DNA of 64,000 nt from an uncultured Chloroflexia bacterium (GTDB lineage: Bacteria; Chloroflexota; Limnocylindria; Limnocylindrales; CSP1-4): NCBI GenBank assembly GCA_963777975.1, contig CAVZSO010000003.1, positions 210,760 to 274,759 on the forward strand, in the 5' to 3' direction. The position numbers were made by a program, and so were the translations under genes. Below the pieces are notes generated by a model. It did no database searches and was not told the DNA's origin. It saw nothing but the letters and a program-made list of their open reading frames with translations. Positions 1 to 10,880 of the stretch are shown one piece after another; position 1 is the stretch's first letter; each line of letters starts with the position of its first letter.

Positions 1-2071
1 ACCAGCTCCAAGGGTGGCAGCTCGTCGGCAGGGGTGAAGCCGAAGACCTGGCCGTAGAACGAGAGCTCCGCCTGATACGAGCGGCGGATGTTCTCGAGCT
101 TGCGGAAGCCGTGGCCCTCGCCCTCGTACGCGAGGTACGCGTGCGGGATGCCCTTGGCCGCCAGGCCGGCGACGATCTGCTCCGCCTGGCTGGGCGGCAC
201 GACCTTGTCGTCGAGGCCCTGGAGGATGAGCATCGGGACCGAGATGCGCTCGGCGTGCAGGATCGGCGAGCGTTCGCGCCACAGCGCCTCGGTCTCGGGC
301 AGCGGGCCGACCAGCCGCTCGGTGTAGCGCGACTCGAACTTGTGCGTCGTCAGGTCGAAGCCGGTCAGGTCGCCGATGCCGAAGTAGCTGACCCCGGCGG
401 CCATGGCACCCGGCCGGAAGGCGAGCATCGCGAGCGTCGTGTAGCCGCTGGCGCTGCCGCCCTCGCACGCCATGCGAGCCGGGTCCGCCTCGCCGATCGA
501 GGCCAGGTAGCGGCCGGCGTTGAGGCAGTCGTCCACGTCGACCACGCCCCACTCGCCGTCGAGGCGCGATCGGTAGGCGCGGCCGTAGCCGGTGCTGCCG
601 CCATAGTCGACGTCGACGACGGCGATGCCACGGCTGACGAGGTACTGGATGCTGCCGAAGAAGCCCTGTCCGGTGCCGGCGGTCGGGCCGCCATGGCTGC
701 GTACGACGAGCGGCGGCCGCTCATCCGCCGGGCCGATGAAGTCGGGGTTGGTCGGCCGGTAGAAGAGATGCTGCCGAAGAAGCCCTGTCCGGTGCCGGCG
801 GTCGGCCCGCCGTGGCTGCGCACGACGAGCGGCGGCCGCTCGTCGGCCGGGCCGACGAAGTCGGGGTTGGTCGGCCGGTAGAAGACCCGTGCGCGGTCCG
901 GCCGCCCTCGGTCGGGAAGTCGATCGGCTCGGGGATGGCGACGGAGGCGGGATCGAAGGCGACCGGTGACGTGCGGCGGAGGACCTCGATCGAGGCGCCA
1001 CGTTCGTCGTCCGTGATCGTGACCACGTGGTCGGGCTCGGACGGCCGACCGGCCACGATGACGATCCGGTCGCCCGCGACCGCCAGGCCGCTGATCTCGA
1101 GGTACGGCAGGGCGATGGCGCGCGGGGCACCGTCGGGCGGGATCCGCCACAGCCGGTCCGTGGCGTGGTCGTGCGAGACCGCGACGATCGAGCCGTCGTC
1201 GGCGAAGCCATAGGTCGACAGGCCGAAGACCCACTGCGGTCCGGCGAACTCGGTCTCCAGGGGCGCCAGCGCCGTGATCGAGCGATCGGCCTCGTGACGG
1301 TAGAGGTTCCACCAGTCGGTCCGATCGGAGACGAAGTGCAGCCGCCCATCCGGCGACCAGCGCGGCTCGGCGATCGACTCGCTTCGGTTGCCCGCGACCC
1401 GGCGGGCGCCCGTCGGCCGACCGTCGGCGTCGAGATCGGCGACCCACAGCTCCGAGCCGTCCCAGGGCATGTCGGGCAGCTGCCAGGTCAGCCAGGCGAG
1501 CCGGTCGCCGTCCGGGCTGAGGGCCAGCGGGCCGTAGAAGTCGGCGCCGGTGACCAGCACGATCGGCTCAGCCGGATCCGCGCCGGCTGGCCCGAGCGGG
1601 ATGGCGACGACGTCGTTGGTCGGCGGGCCGTCGCCGCGATGCTCCTCACGGATGGCGATCAGGCGCGAGCGACGCCGGTCGATGGTGAAGTCCGCGAAGC
1701 GCATGCCGCCGGCCGGCGTGATGGCCTCGGGCGCTCCCACCAGCCGCGGCTGCCCCGACCGCGATGCGGTAGAGCCGATCGTCCGACCGTTCGGAGTAGT
1801 AGACGACGCCGTCATCGATCGCCCAGGCACCGCCGCCGTACTCGTGGACGCCATCGTGGACATCCGAGCCCGCCGGCGTCAGCTCCTCGACGCCGCCGCC
1901 CTCCACCGCCCTGACGACGACGGAGCGCCCGCGCTCGGACGGCCGGCCCTCGAGCCAGGCGATCGTCTGACCGTCGATGCGTGGCTCGTGCGCGATGATC
2001 CGGTCGATGAGCAAGGCGTCGACCGTGATCGACGAGCGCCAGCTGCCGTAGGGTGCGATCGTGGGCGGCAA
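1..2071 (-). pseudogene. S9 family serine peptidase (prolyl oligopeptidase / acylaminoacyl-peptidase type), frame-disrupted; C-terminal end runs off the left window edge
   Basis: ORF 1646..2071 (TTG start, MPPTIAPYGSWRSS...) and ORF 721..1863 give the propeller-like part (LSPDGDRLAWL, RWSPDGRLHFVSDRTDWWNLY). After frame breaks near 1755 and 886 they continue into my translation of the minus strand of 1..766 (FYRPTNPDF...GSIQYLVSRGIAVVDVDYGGSTGYGRAYR...CEGGSASGYTTLAML...YEGEGHGFRK). That is an alpha/beta-hydrolase domain with a GxSxG elbow. The gene is also interrupted by the 119-bp duplication at 648..885. Confidence 0.8.
648..885. repeat. imperfect head-to-tail tandem duplication, 2 x 119 bp (648..766 and 767..885), 6 mismatches
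   Basis: Direct alignment read from the sequence. Both copies start gatgctgccgaagaagccctgtcc and end ggtcggccggtagaaga. Confidence 0.95.
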
Positions 2072-2140
2072 TCGAGCCTCCTGGTAGGTGCCGCCGGCGG
2101 GCGGCGTTGGGCCGGACCCCGGTCCGGGCGTGTGGGCAGA

Positions 2141-3415
2141 CTACGTGCCGCTCTGCCAGGAGCTGACGTAGCGGAGCTGTTCGGCGGTCATCGGGTCGAG
2201 CGTGATGCCAAGGGCGGCCAGCTTGAGGCGGGCGACCTCGGCGTCGATGGCCTCGGGCACGACGTAGACCTTGCGCTCGAGCTCGGCATGGTGCTTCGCC
2301 ACGTACTCGGCTGAGAGCGCCTGGTTGGCGAAGCTCATGTCCATGACGGCGGCGGGGTGGCCCTCCGCCGCGCCGAGGTTGACGAGGCGGCCCTCGGCGA
2401 TGAGGTTGAGGCGCTTCGGCCCGAGGTCGAACTCCTGGACGTTGTCGCGCACCTCGCGCACGTGCCCCTCCGCCAGCTCGCGCAGGGCGACGAGATCCAG
2501 CTCGGCATCGAAGTGGCCGCTGTTGGCCAGGATGGCGCCATCGCGCATGGCCACGAAGTGCTCGCGGCGGAAGACGTTGACGTTGCCGGTGGCCGTGATG
2601 AAGACCTCGCCCCATGGCGCGGCCTGGCCGACGGTCATGACCTCGAAGCCGTCCATCAGCGCCTCGAGCGCGCGCACCGGGTCGATCTCGACGACGGCGA
2701 CGTGGGCGCCGTGACCTCGGAAGCGCGACGTGATGCCCTTGCCGACCCAGCCGTAGCCGGCGACGACGACGCGCCGACCGGCGATCAGGATGTTGGTCGC
2801 ACGCAGGATGCCGTCGAGCGTCGACTGACCGGTCCCGTAGCGGTTGTCGAAGAGGTGCTTCGTCTGCGCTTCGTTGACGGCGATGACCGGGAAGCCGAGG
2901 GCGCCGTCGGCGGCCATGGCGTTCAGACGGACGACGCCGGTGGTCGTCTCCTCGGTACCGGCCAGCACCTCCGCGACCTGTGTCGGGCGCGTGCTGTGGA
3001 GCAGCGAGACGAGGTCGCAGCCGTCGTCCATGGTCAGGTGCGGGTGCGTGTCGGCGACCGCGTCGAGGTGGGCGTAGTAGGTGTCGCGGTCCTCGCCACG
3101 CCGGGCATAGACGGCGACGCCGTAGTCAGCCACGAGCGCGGCCGCCACATCGTCCTTGGTCGAGAGCGGATTGGAAGCTGCGAGGACGACCTCCGCTCCG
3201 CCGGCCTTCAGCGTGCGCATCAGGTTGGCGGTCTCGGTCGTGACGTGGAGGCAGGCGCCGACGCGCAGCCCGGCCAATGGCTGCTCGGCCGCGAACCGCT
3301 CACGGATGAGGCGCAGGACCGGCATCTCGCGCTCCGCCCATTCGATCCGTCGGCGTCCCTCGGCGGCCAGGCCGAGGTCGGTCACGTCGTGGGCGGGCAG
3401 CGCGGCGGTGGACAT
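2141..3415 (-). CDS. ahcY: adenosylhomocysteinase (S-adenosyl-L-homocysteine hydrolase)
   Basis: Intact 424-aa ORF. It has conserved SAHH blocks ([39 protein letters not shown]-binding [24 protein letters not shown]). Confidence 0.95.
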   Translation of the reverse strand: MSTAALPAHDVTDLGLAAEGRRRIEWAEREMPVLRLIRERFAAEQPLAGLRVGACLHVTTETANLMRTLKAGGAEVVLAASNPLSTKDDVAAALVADYGVAVYARRGEDRDTYYAHLDAVADTHPHLTMDDGCDLVSLLHSTRPTQVAEVLAGTEETTTGVVRLNAMAADGALGFPVIAVNEAQTKHLFDNRYGTGQSTLDGILRATNILIAGRRVVVAGYGWVGKGITSRFRGHGAHVAVVEIDPVRALEALMDGFEVMTVGQAAPWGEVFITATGNVNVFRREHFVAMRDGAILANSGHFDAELDLVALRELAEGHVREVRDNVQEFDLGPKRLNLIAEGRLVNLGAAEGHPAAVMDMSFANQALSAEYVAKHHAELERKVYVVPEAIDAEVARLKLAALGITLDPMTAEQLRYVSSWQSGT

Positions 3416-3418
3416 CGA

Positions 3419-4288
3419 TCAGGACTCCTTGCGGGTCGGGAGGAAGCGTCGAAGCGGAGCGACGATGCTATCCCAGCTCGAGATGCGACGATGCGCCAGG
3501 CGCTCCTCGAAGCGGATGTGCTCGCGATAGCCGAGCGCCCCATATGCGGCCAGCGCGGGCGGGTTGTCGGAGCGGACGTTGAGCACGACCTGTTCGCAGG
3601 TCCGCAGCAGCTCCTGGGTCACAGCGCTGGTGACCTGCTTGGCGAAGCCACGACCGCGGTAGTCGGGATGGGTCATGACGTTGCCGACCACGCCCAGCCG
3701 GGCGTCAGGGCTGATGACGTGGGTGCCCGCCGCCGCGGCCAGCCGACCGCCGATGCGGATGCCGTAGTAGATGCCGTTGGCGACCGCGTCCGACGACAGC
3801 CAGGCCGTGAAGCCGAGGTTGTAGAGCCGATTGAGGTCGCCGATCTCCGAGGGCAGGATGCGGAAGACGCCGCCGGGCTGCGGCTGGAAGCTGGCCCGAT
3901 CGACCCACATGCGGACCATCGGCGGGCTGGCCCCCAGGCGGTAGACCCGCTCGACCGCGGGCAGCTGCGAGCTGAGCGAGGCGACGTAGGCGGCGCGGGG
4001 CCGGATGACCGTCCGCAGGATGGCCGTCACGCCGTCCGGCTCGCCCATCACGAAGAGCGGTTGCGGGGCGAAGCCGACGTACTCCATGGCCAGGGCGATC
4101 AGGCGATCGCCGTCGAAGGCACCGCCCCACCGCGTGCGGTGGAACTCCCGGTCGTCAAGGTCGCAGATGGCGTAGGCGGCGAAGAGGCGGTCACGCTCCA
4201 GGAACGCGCGCAGCAGGACCCGGTCGCCGACCTGCCGGACCTGCAGGCGCTCGCCGAGCTCGCCCGTCCGACTCGCGGTCGTGGCCAT
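3419..4288 (-). CDS. GNAT family N-acetyltransferase
   Basis: This is the C-terminal 289 aa of ORF 3419..5497, starting at ATG 4288 (MATTASRTGEL...). The acetyl-CoA binding block is VGNVMTHPDYRGRGFAKQV...ALAAYGALGY. The ATG shares one base with the mtnA stop (TGATG). The stop lies 3 nt before the ahcY start. Confidence 0.8.
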   Translation of the reverse strand: MATTASRTGELGERLQVRQVGDRVLLRAFLERDRLFAAYAICDLDDREFHRTRWGGAFDGDRLIALAMEYVGFAPQPLFVMGEPDGVTAILRTVIRPRAAYVASLSSQLPAVERVYRLGASPPMVRMWVDRASFQPQPGGVFRILPSEIGDLNRLYNLGFTAWLSSDAVANGIYYGIRIGGRLAAAAGTHVISPDARLGVVGNVMTHPDYRGRGFAKQVTSAVTQELLRTCEQVVLNVRSDNPPALAAYGALGYREHIRFEERLAHRRISSWDSIVAPLRRFLPTRKES

Positions 4289-5497
4289 CAGACGGGATCC
4301 TCGGAGGCGGCCATCGGCACGGCCACCGAGGTGAATGGCGCCTGAAGGACGCCGACGTCGGTGATATAGGCCGTGACCAGCTCGGCCGGCGTCACGTCGG
4401 CCAGCGGGACGCGGGCGTCGATCCCCTGCTCGGCGATCTCGCCGGGCATGGCCAGCTGGTCGCGGCCGCGCATGATGACGCTCAGGGCGTCGCCTGTCAG
4501 CTTGCGCTCGCTGACCGTGAGTGCGCGGCGCGCAGACGTAGACCGGCACCCCATGTCGCACGGCCAACGCCGCCAGGGGATAGGTGCCGGTCACATTGGC
4601 CACGTCGCCGTTGGCGGCGATCCAGTCCGCGCCCACCAGCACCGCGTCGATCGTCCGCCCTCGGAAGAGCCAGCCGATGGCGCCATCGGCGATGACCGTG
4701 GCTGGCACGTCCGATGCCGCGAGCTCCGCGGCGCCGATGCGCGCGCCCGCCCGGCCGGGTCGCGCCTCGAGGACCCAGGCGTGGATGGGCCGGCCTGCCG
4801 CAGCGACGGCCGCGATGATGCCCATGGCCGTGCCGACGAGGCCGGCCGAGAGTGGACCGGTGGCGCCGATGGTCACGACCTCGAGCGGCCGATCGACCGG
4901 CTGTGGCAGGACCGCGACGCCATGCTCCACGAGCCGGGTGAGTGCGACCATCGCCTCCGTCGCGATCGCGTCAGCCTCTGCGCGAACCGCGGCGGCGATG
5001 GCGGCGCCCATGTGCGTGTCCGCGTCCTCGCTTGCGGGCTCGCCACGAGCGGCTTCCCACGCGGCGGCCACCCTATTGAGGGCCATGTCGAGCGCGGCAG
5101 AGTCCGGCCGGGCGTTGCGCAGCGCGTTGGCCGTCCCGCGCAGCGTCGCCGAGCGAACGAATGGGCGTGAAGCGACGTTGCGGTCGGCAGTCAGCGCCAG
5201 GGCATACGCGGCCAGCGGCCCGAGCACCGGCCCCGGCCCGACCGCGCCATCGCGGATGAGCCCGGCAACCTCGGCTCCGCTGATGCAGACCGCTTCGACG
5301 ATCTCGCCCGGCAGGCGCCGCTGGTCGAGCACGAGGATGCGGTCGCCGTCGACCCGATATGGGCTCCGGCCGCCGATGCTGTCATGGACCATGGCCGCGG
5401 CGAGGCGATCCGCGCCGGCCTCTGGGTCGACGCCGAGGCCGAGGAGCTCGACGGCAGCGGCCGTCGAGCCCTTTCGCACCGCTGACGCGGCGCCCAC
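4288..5497 (-). CDS. mtnA: S-methyl-5-thioribose-1-phosphate isomerase / eIF-2B alpha-beta-delta family, one frame break near 4525-4535
   Basis: The N-terminal 320 aa come from ORF 3419..5497 (DRILVLDQRRLPGE, GAIGWLFRG, VGADWIAANGDVANVTGTYPLA, HGVPVYVCAP). The C-terminus is in ORF 4288..4554 (GDALSVIMRGRDQLAMPGEIAEQGI...AELVTAYITDVGV). The start is uncertain: GTG 5497 or ATG 5392. Confidence 0.8.
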
Positions 5498-5680
5498 GAC
5501 CGTGGCCGCGGTCTGGAAGGCTTCGCGCGAGAAGGTCCGAAAGAAATCGCGCCGCTCGAGGTTCGCACCCGATGCGTCAGCGCCGGCGCGGCCGAGGAGC
5601 GTCCGGGTGGTGCGGTGCCTCCTCGTCGGTCCCGCGCTCCGGCTCCTGGGTCATGGCCATCGAGCGCCGGGGGACCGAGA

Positions 5681-6202
5681 TCAGTACTGGACGACGCTGT
5701 GGACGGTCTGGCCGTGGAGCTTCTCGCGACCCTTGAGGGCCAGCAGCTCGACCAGGAAGGCCAGGCCGACGATCTCTCCGCCCAGGCGGTGGACCAGCTC
5801 GATGGTGCCGTTGACCGTGCCACCGGTAGCCAGCAGGTCATCGACGATGAGCACGCGCTGCCCGGTCTTGATGGCGTCCTTGTGGACCTCCAGCGTGTTG
5901 GTGCCGTACTCGAGCGCGTATTCCACGCTGACCGTCTCGGCCGGCAGCTTGCCCAGCTTGCGCACCGGCACCAGGCCGGCATCGAGCAGATAGGCCATCG
6001 GCGCGCTGAAGATGAAGCCGCGCGATTCCATGCCGACGACGATGTCGACCTTGGCGTCGACGAAGGGCGCCGTCATCAGATCGATGGCCTCCTTGTAGGC
6101 CGCCGGATCCTTGAGCAAGGTCGTGATGTCGTAGAAGAGGATGCCCGGCTTGGGGAAGTCGGGGACCTCGCGGATCTTGGCGCGAAGGTCGTCGACGGAC
6201 AC
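5681..6202 (-). CDS. apt: adenine phosphoribosyltransferase
   Basis: ORF 5681..6346 contains VPDFPKPGILFYDIT and the PRPP loop VLIVDDLLATGGT. The likely start is GTG 6202, preceded by GAGGAG. Upstream of that the ORF is Arg/Pro-rich junk. Confidence 0.9.
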   Translation of the reverse strand: MSVDDLRAKIREVPDFPKPGILFYDITTLLKDPAAYKEAIDLMTAPFVDAKVDIVVGMESRGFIFSAPMAYLLDAGLVPVRKLGKLPAETVSVEYALEYGTNTLEVHKDAIKTGQRVLIVDDLLATGGTVNGTIELVHRLGGEIVGLAFLVELLALKGREKLHGQTVHSVVQY

Positions 6203-6318
6203 GGTCTTGGCGGCTCCTCGAGCTGGTCGGCGCGCGGTCGGATGCGACAGGTGGAGTCTACCGCGCGTGGCTGGCGTTCGGACGAAGCGAGGTCGAGGTC
6301 CTGCGCGGGGTCGGTGGC

Positions 6319-6762
6319 TCAGACCTCGAGCTTGGCCTTGATGCACTCGAAGGTCTGGTCGATCATCTTGTGCGCGGTGCCCTCGATCATCCGGGCGCCG
6401 ACGCTGGCCAGCGTGCCCGAGATGTTCACGTCGGCCGACCAGTCCATGGTCGTGGTCCCGGCCGCATCCCCGTCGCGGAGGTCCATCCGCGCGATCGCGT
6501 CGACGGCCGACCCAGGCGCCTGGCCATGGGCCTTGACCGTGGCGTGGTTGGGCTTGTCCAGGTCGGTCATCTCCATGTTGATCGAGAAGTGCGCCTTGAT
6601 GAAGCCGACCCCGACCTTGGCCTTGGCCTTGAAGTGCGTCTCGTCGATGACATCGATGGACTCGACGCCCGGTCCGCAGCTGCCGACCTGGTCAGGATCC
6701 ATGAGGAACGCCCAGGCCTTGTCGCGGGCGGCGGCGATCTGGACGGTGCCCTCGAACTTCAT
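6319..6762 (-). CDS. coxG: CoxG-type SRPBCC protein (carbon monoxide dehydrogenase subunit G family)
   Basis: 147-aa ORF beginning MKFEGTVQIAAARDKAWAFLMDP..., with the typical CoxG N-terminus and length. A strong GGAGGAG lies 5 nt upstream. There is an ATGA overlap with the upstream ORF. Confidence 0.85.
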   Translation of the reverse strand: MKFEGTVQIAAARDKAWAFLMDPDQVGSCGPGVESIDVIDETHFKAKAKVGVGFIKAHFSINMEMTDLDKPNHATVKAHGQAPGSAVDAIARMDLRDGDAAGTTTMDWSADVNISGTLASVGARMIEGTAHKMIDQTFECIKAKLEV

Positions 6763-7874
6763 GCGCTCCTCCGGATGGGGTCAGCTGGCGTGATGGTCGG
6801 CGTGCTGGCCGTGCGGCGAGTGGTCGGCGTGATCCTGATGCGCTCCGTGATCCTCGTGCGCGTCGTGCGCCATCGGTCGTCGTCCATGGGCTCGTAGCCC
6901 GCGGCGTCGGGACCGACGTAGGCCGCCGGGTCCTTCACGAAGCGCGCCCGACAGCCGACGCTGCAGAAGGCATAGACGACGCCCGCGTGCTCCGCGATGT
7001 GGCGGGCATCATCGCGCTCGACGGTCATGCCGCAGACGGGGTCGAGGAGCACGATCTCGCCCTCGCCCGACCCGGCCTGGAGTGGCGAGTCGGCCATGAC
7101 GATGACCTGGGCACCGATCAGGGTCGCCGGCCCCGGCGCGGCCACGAACGCCGCTCGGCCGCGACGGACCTGGACCAGCTCGGCCAGGATCGAGACCGCG
7201 ACCTCGGTCGGGGTCACGGCGCCAAGGTCGAGGCCAGCCGGCGCTCGGACCGCGGCGACGCGTTCCGGCGCCACGCCCTCACCGGCCAGGTACTCGCGGA
7301 CGGCGACGGCCCGCGTGGGCGAAGCGACCAGGCCGATGTAGGCGACATCGCGCGCCAGGGCCGCGGCGACGGCCTCCTCGTCCCAGGAACCCTGGCTGGC
7401 GACCACGACATAGGGCGGCGCCGCTGCGTCGAGCCCAGCGAGGTCGGTCGCCTGGAGGACCTCGGTCGCATCGGGAAAGGCCTCGACCTGGGCGACGGGG
7501 TCGACCACGCTGACGCGGTAGCCGCTGGCTGCCCCCAGCTCGACGAGCGCGTGGGCGATGGGCGTCGTGCCCAGGATCCAGAGCTGTGGGGCAGGCAGAT
7601 GCGGTTCCACGTAGATCTCCAGGGTGCCGCCGGAGTGGCAGGTCATGACGTAGTCGATGACCCCGTCACCGCGGCGGCTGTCCGATGGCTGGTCCCGGCT
7701 GAGGCGAAGCAGGCGCGGCTCGCCGTCGGCCAGCGAGCGGAGGGCCTCCTTGACCACGATGGGCTGCGCGCAGCTGCCGCCGACCCAGCCTTCGACCATG
7801 CCGTCGGGATGGATGAGGCCCCGAGCGCCGGGACGCGCCGAGGTCGGTCGCCGGACCGCGACGACGGTGGCCAT
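6759..7874 (-). CDS. XdhC/CoxI-family Mo-cofactor insertion protein fused to a C-terminal YHS-type metal-binding motif; 3' end probably mis-framed
   Basis: XdhC blocks are present (GWVGGSCAQP, LWILGTTPIAHAL, YIGLVASP, GLDLGA), followed by DPVCGMTV...YAFCSVGCRARF (YHS/TRASH-like). The Arg/Thr-rich tail after residue ~335 looks out of frame (see findings). Confidence 0.8.
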   Translation of the reverse strand: MATVVAVRRPTSARPGARGLIHPDGMVEGWVGGSCAQPIVVKEALRSLADGEPRLLRLSRDQPSDSRRGDGVIDYVMTCHSGGTLEIYVEPHLPAPQLWILGTTPIAHALVELGAASGYRVSVVDPVAQVEAFPDATEVLQATDLAGLDAAAPPYVVVASQGSWDEEAVAAALARDVAYIGLVASPTRAVAVREYLAGEGVAPERVAAVRAPAGLDLGAVTPTEVAVSILAELVQVRRGRAAFVAAPGPATLIGAQVIVMADSPLQAGSGEGEIVLLDPVCGMTVERDDARHIAEHAGVVYAFCSVGCRARFVKDPAAYVGPDAAGYEPMDDDRWRTTRTRITERIRITPTTRRTASTPTITPADPIRRSA

Positions 7875-7971
7875 GGCGAACGGTCGAGCCGCGCCCTCGA
7901 GCTCGAGGGCGCGGGCAAGGACCGACGTCGCTGGGTCGCCACGGGCTGCGGGAAGGCGCCGGCCCGAGGGC

Positions 7972-10364
7972 CTAGAGCGCCACCCCCTTCTCCTCCAGGA
8001 TGCGCCAGATCTTGGGCGCCGTGAGCGGGATGTCGATGTTGCGCACGCCGAGGTGCCAGAGGGCGTCGACGACGGCGTTGGCGATGGCCGGCGGCGCGCC
8101 GACCGTCGCCGATTCCCCGACGCCCTTGGCGCCGATGGGATGGTGCGGTGAGGGGGTGATGGTCTTGCCCAGCTCCCAGCGCGGCGTTTCGACGGCCGTC
8201 GGCAGGAGGTAGTCCATGAAGGTGCCGTTCAGGTTGTTGCCCAGCTCGTCGTAGGTCATCTCCTCGAGCAGCGAGGGCGCGAAGCCCATCGTCAGGCCGC
8301 CGTGGATCTGCCCGTCGACGATCATCGGGTTGATGATGTTGCCGCAGTCGTCGACGGCGACGAAGCGCCGCACCGTGACCTGGCCGGTGCCGCGATCGAT
8401 GTCCACGACGCAGATGTACGAACCGAAGGGGAAGGTCAGGTTGGGCGGGTCGTAGTAGTCGACCGCCTCCAGGCCGGCCTCCATGCCCTGCGGATGGTTG
8501 GTGTAGGCGGCGAAGGCGATCTCCTGGATCGTCTTCTTCTGCTCGGGCGAGCCCTTGACGTTGAAGGCGCCGTTGGTCCACTCGAGATCGTCCGGGTTGG
8601 CTTCCAGGAGATGGGCGGCCAGGAGCCGGGCCTTGTCGCGGATCTTGCGCGCGGCGATGGCCGTAGCGGCGCCCGCGACGGGCGTCGAGCGGCTGGCATA
8701 GGTGCCCAGGCCGTAGGGCGCGGTATCGGTGTCGCCGTACTCGATGGCGATGTCAGCGACCGGGAAGCCGAGCTCCTCGGCGATGATCTGGGCGAAGGTC
8801 GTCTCGTGGCCCTGACCCTGGCTCTGGACGCCGATGCGCGCGATGACCTTGCCCGTCGGATGGACCCGGATCTCGCACGAGTCGAACATCTTGATGCCGA
8901 GGATGTCGAAGTCGTGCGAGGGGCCGGCGCCGACGATCTCGGTGAAGGACGAGATGCCGATGCCCATCAGCTCGCCACGGGCGCGCTTCTCGAGCTGCTC
9001 GCGACGCAGATCCTCGTAGCCGATCATGTCCATCGCCTTGCGCAGAGCGGCCGGGTAGTTGCCGGAGTCGTAGTCCCAGCCGGTCGGCGTGTGGTACGGG
9101 AACTGCTCGGGCTGGATGAAGTTGTTCATCCGGAAGGCGGCCGGATCCTGGCCCAGCTCGTGGGCCGCGATGTCGACCATGCGCTCGATGGCGTGGACGG
9201 CTTCGGTCACGCGGAACGAGCAGCGATAGGCGACGCCACCGGGCGGCTTGTTGGTGTAGACGCCATCGACCTCGACGAAGGCGTCCTTGAAGTCGTACGA
9301 GCCGGTGATGACGTTGAACAGGCCGGCCGGGAACTTGGAGGGGTCGGCGGCGGCGTCGGTGTAGCCGTGGTCGGCGATGGTGTTGACCTTGAGGGCCGTG
9401 ATCTTGCCTTCCTTGGTCGTGCCCAGCTCGGCGTGGATGTGGTAGTCGCGGGCGAACGAGTCGGCCTGCAGGTTCTCCGCGCGGTCCTCGATCCACTTGA
9501 CCGGCTTGCCGGTCAAGAACGAGGCGGCGACGGCCAGCACGTAGCCCGGATAGACCGGGACCTTGCCGCCGAAGCCGCCGCCGATGTCATGGGTCTTGAC
9601 CCGGATCTTGTGCTCCACGATGGGCAGCCCGGCGCCGGCTGCGACGAGGGCGATGACGGTCCGGATGGCGTGGGGCGCCTGGCTGGTCATGTGCAGCGTG
9701 AGGTGCCCGTTGACGGCGTCCCAGTCGGCGACGCAGCCGCAGGTCTCGATCGAGGCCACGTGGATGCGCGGGATGTACATGTCCTCGCTGACGCGGACGT
9801 CTGAGGCGGCCAACGCGGCGTCGGTGGCTGAGGCGTCGCCGGACTCCCAGTGCCAGATGTGGTTGTTGGCCTTCTCCGGCCCGCGATCCGGGCGGAGCAC
9901 GAAGGCGTCCGGTTTCATCGCCTCCTTGGGATCGACCAGGACTGGCAGCGGCTCGTAGTCGACCATCACGGCGGCGACGCCGTCGGCGGCGGCGTAGCGG
10001 CTGGTGGCGATGACCGCGGCCACCTCCTGACTCTGGTACATGACCGTGTCGACGGGCAGGACCATCTGCATGTCGCCGGCCAAGGTCGGCATCCAGTGGA
10101 GCTTGTAGCCCTCGAGGTCCTTGCCGGTCACGACGGCGGCCACGCCGGGGACCTTGAGCGCCTCGGAGCTGTCGATGTTCAGGATCTTGGCGTGCGCGTA
10201 CGGGCTGCGCACGATGTCCAGCCAGAGCATGCCCGGCAGGACCAGGTCGTCGATGTACTCGCCCTTGCCGCGGACGAAGCGCGGGTCCTCCTTGCGCTTG
10301 ACGGAGTGACCCATGCCCCCGACTTCGAAGGTCGTCGTCGTGGCCTGTACCTCGGTCATCTCGG

Positions 10365-10368
<4 letters not shown>
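7972..10368 (-). CDS. coxL: form I aerobic carbon monoxide dehydrogenase large (Mo-Cu, MCD) subunit
   Basis: Intact 798-aa ORF of the xanthine oxidase family. The active-site loop AYRCSFR is encoded at 9211..9231 (gcctatcgctgctcgttccgc on the minus strand). There is an ATGA overlap with coxS. Confidence 0.93.
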
Positions 10369-10871
<503 letters not shown>

Positions 10872-10880
10872 CGTCGGCTC

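Noticed and set aside
648-885. Diversity-generating retroelement template/variable repeat pair.
   Set aside because: The six mismatches involve g, a, t, a, c and t in one copy, so there is no adenine-specific pattern. The repeats are directly adjacent and no reverse transcriptase gene is nearby.
3416-3418. SAH riboswitch upstream of ahcY.
   Set aside because: Only 3 nt separate ahcY from the preceding GNAT gene, so there is no room for a leader RNA.
2357-4345. 662-aa plus-strand ORF. Similar very long ORFs occur at 26725..29865 (1046 aa), 34372..37740 (1122 aa), 8302..9804, 49086..50651, 55958..57505 and the first 1.8 kb of 15388..17805.
   Set aside because: All lie antisense to strongly conserved genes (ahcY/mtnA, mfd, 7TM-HD, coxL, dnaK, lepA, MocA fusion). 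They are Arg/Gly/Asp/Ala-rich with no recognisable domains. Stop-free shadow frames are expected at ~70 percent GC.
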